A stretch of DNA of 64,000 bases, taken from the NCBI RefSeq assembly GCF_902652985.1, contig NC_047023.1:24614001-24678000 (forward strand). Direction: 5' to 3'. Below, in pieces: positions 63,377-64,000 of the stretch (its first letter is position 1; the number at the start of each line of letters is the position of its first letter). The translations under genes were made by a program, and so were the position numbers. The notes under the pieces are model-generated. The model was not told where the DNA came from and did not search any database. It saw only the letters and a list, made by a program, of their open reading frames with translations. The stretch comes from Pecten maximus (taxonomy: Eukaryota).

Positions 63377-64000
63377 CTGGAAGTGTAAAGAAATATCTTT
63401 GATAGTTGACTAAATAAATGAACATAACAAATTACTATGTATCAGGTACTGTTCTACAGCTCTAGCACATGTACCATGTAGATTTCAACCTATCAATATC
63501 ACATCGTTCCTGTTAAATATCATATGATAAGCCCAGGTTTTCCTGGTTTTAATCACACAATCATGACTGTTAATACTGATAATACCAGGTACTTGGGTTG
63601 GGGTGGGGTGGTGAGAAATACAGAGAAACAACTTTTACAATATAGATTAAATTATAATATAATTAGGTAAAGGGATCGTGTTATACAGGAACTGGAGGAG
63701 GTCATGTACTGTCAAAGACATATTATAATGATCACCCTTCATATTAAATTCTTTTAATTTTACTTAAAATGGCCTTTTTAGTCATCATTTATAGTCTTAG
63801 TAATTTATGCTACATAAGTTAAGAATGTCACAACATGTACAATACATGAGTGAAGTTATAATTATAATCCAATGTAGACTTAATTTTATTAGTATCACAG
63901 ACAGAAAATATTTCTGATACAGTGGGCTGTAGGTCTTTGATACTATATAAATAAAGATTAGTATTACTATGATATAAGTCAGGCTGCAGTTGATGATTAT

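Noticed and set aside
63377-63425. ORF-track N-terminus MFIYLVNYQRYFFTLP of fem-1
   Set aside because: Intronic sequence upstream of the TTCCAG acceptor; the true start lies outside the window

Overview
AT-rich eukaryotic (animal) genomic DNA, most likely a bivalve mollusc (scallop-like), judging from its SINE and Helitron-like repeat families; the taxon is an inference. Genes, reconstructed by hand from splice sites: (1) the first coding exon of a minus-strand gene (MPPKKHKKGEK) at the left edge, head-to-head with (2) NR2C2AP, four exons including an AT-AC U12-type intron; (3) an intronless 179-aa orphan ending in CCCTIL (CaaX); (4) a two-exon, ~1260-aa signal-anchored disordered protein built from repeated basic/Cys-cluster/acidic-Tyr modules with C-terminal LIR-like motifs; (5) a seven-exon, ~885-aa type I membrane protein (signal peptide, 2x FN3, mucin stalk, TM, Cys cluster) with an array of LC8-like TQ motifs in its tail and a probable GC-AG intron; (6) the last exon of a fem-1 homolog. 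Genes 3-5 are consecutive minus-strand orphans that all appear to be Cys-lipidated membrane proteins. Introns and intergenic DNA hold a full-length DD34E Tc1 element, a decayed L2/CR1-type LINE nested inside a long inverted repeat, mariner and Tc1 relics, tRNA-derived SINEs, palindromic mini-elements and many tandem arrays. These include a 7.9-kb 25-bp satellite whose monomer carries TAATCC next to TGACTCA, and a 40-bp minisatellite derived from the stop-codon region of a Tc1 transposase.
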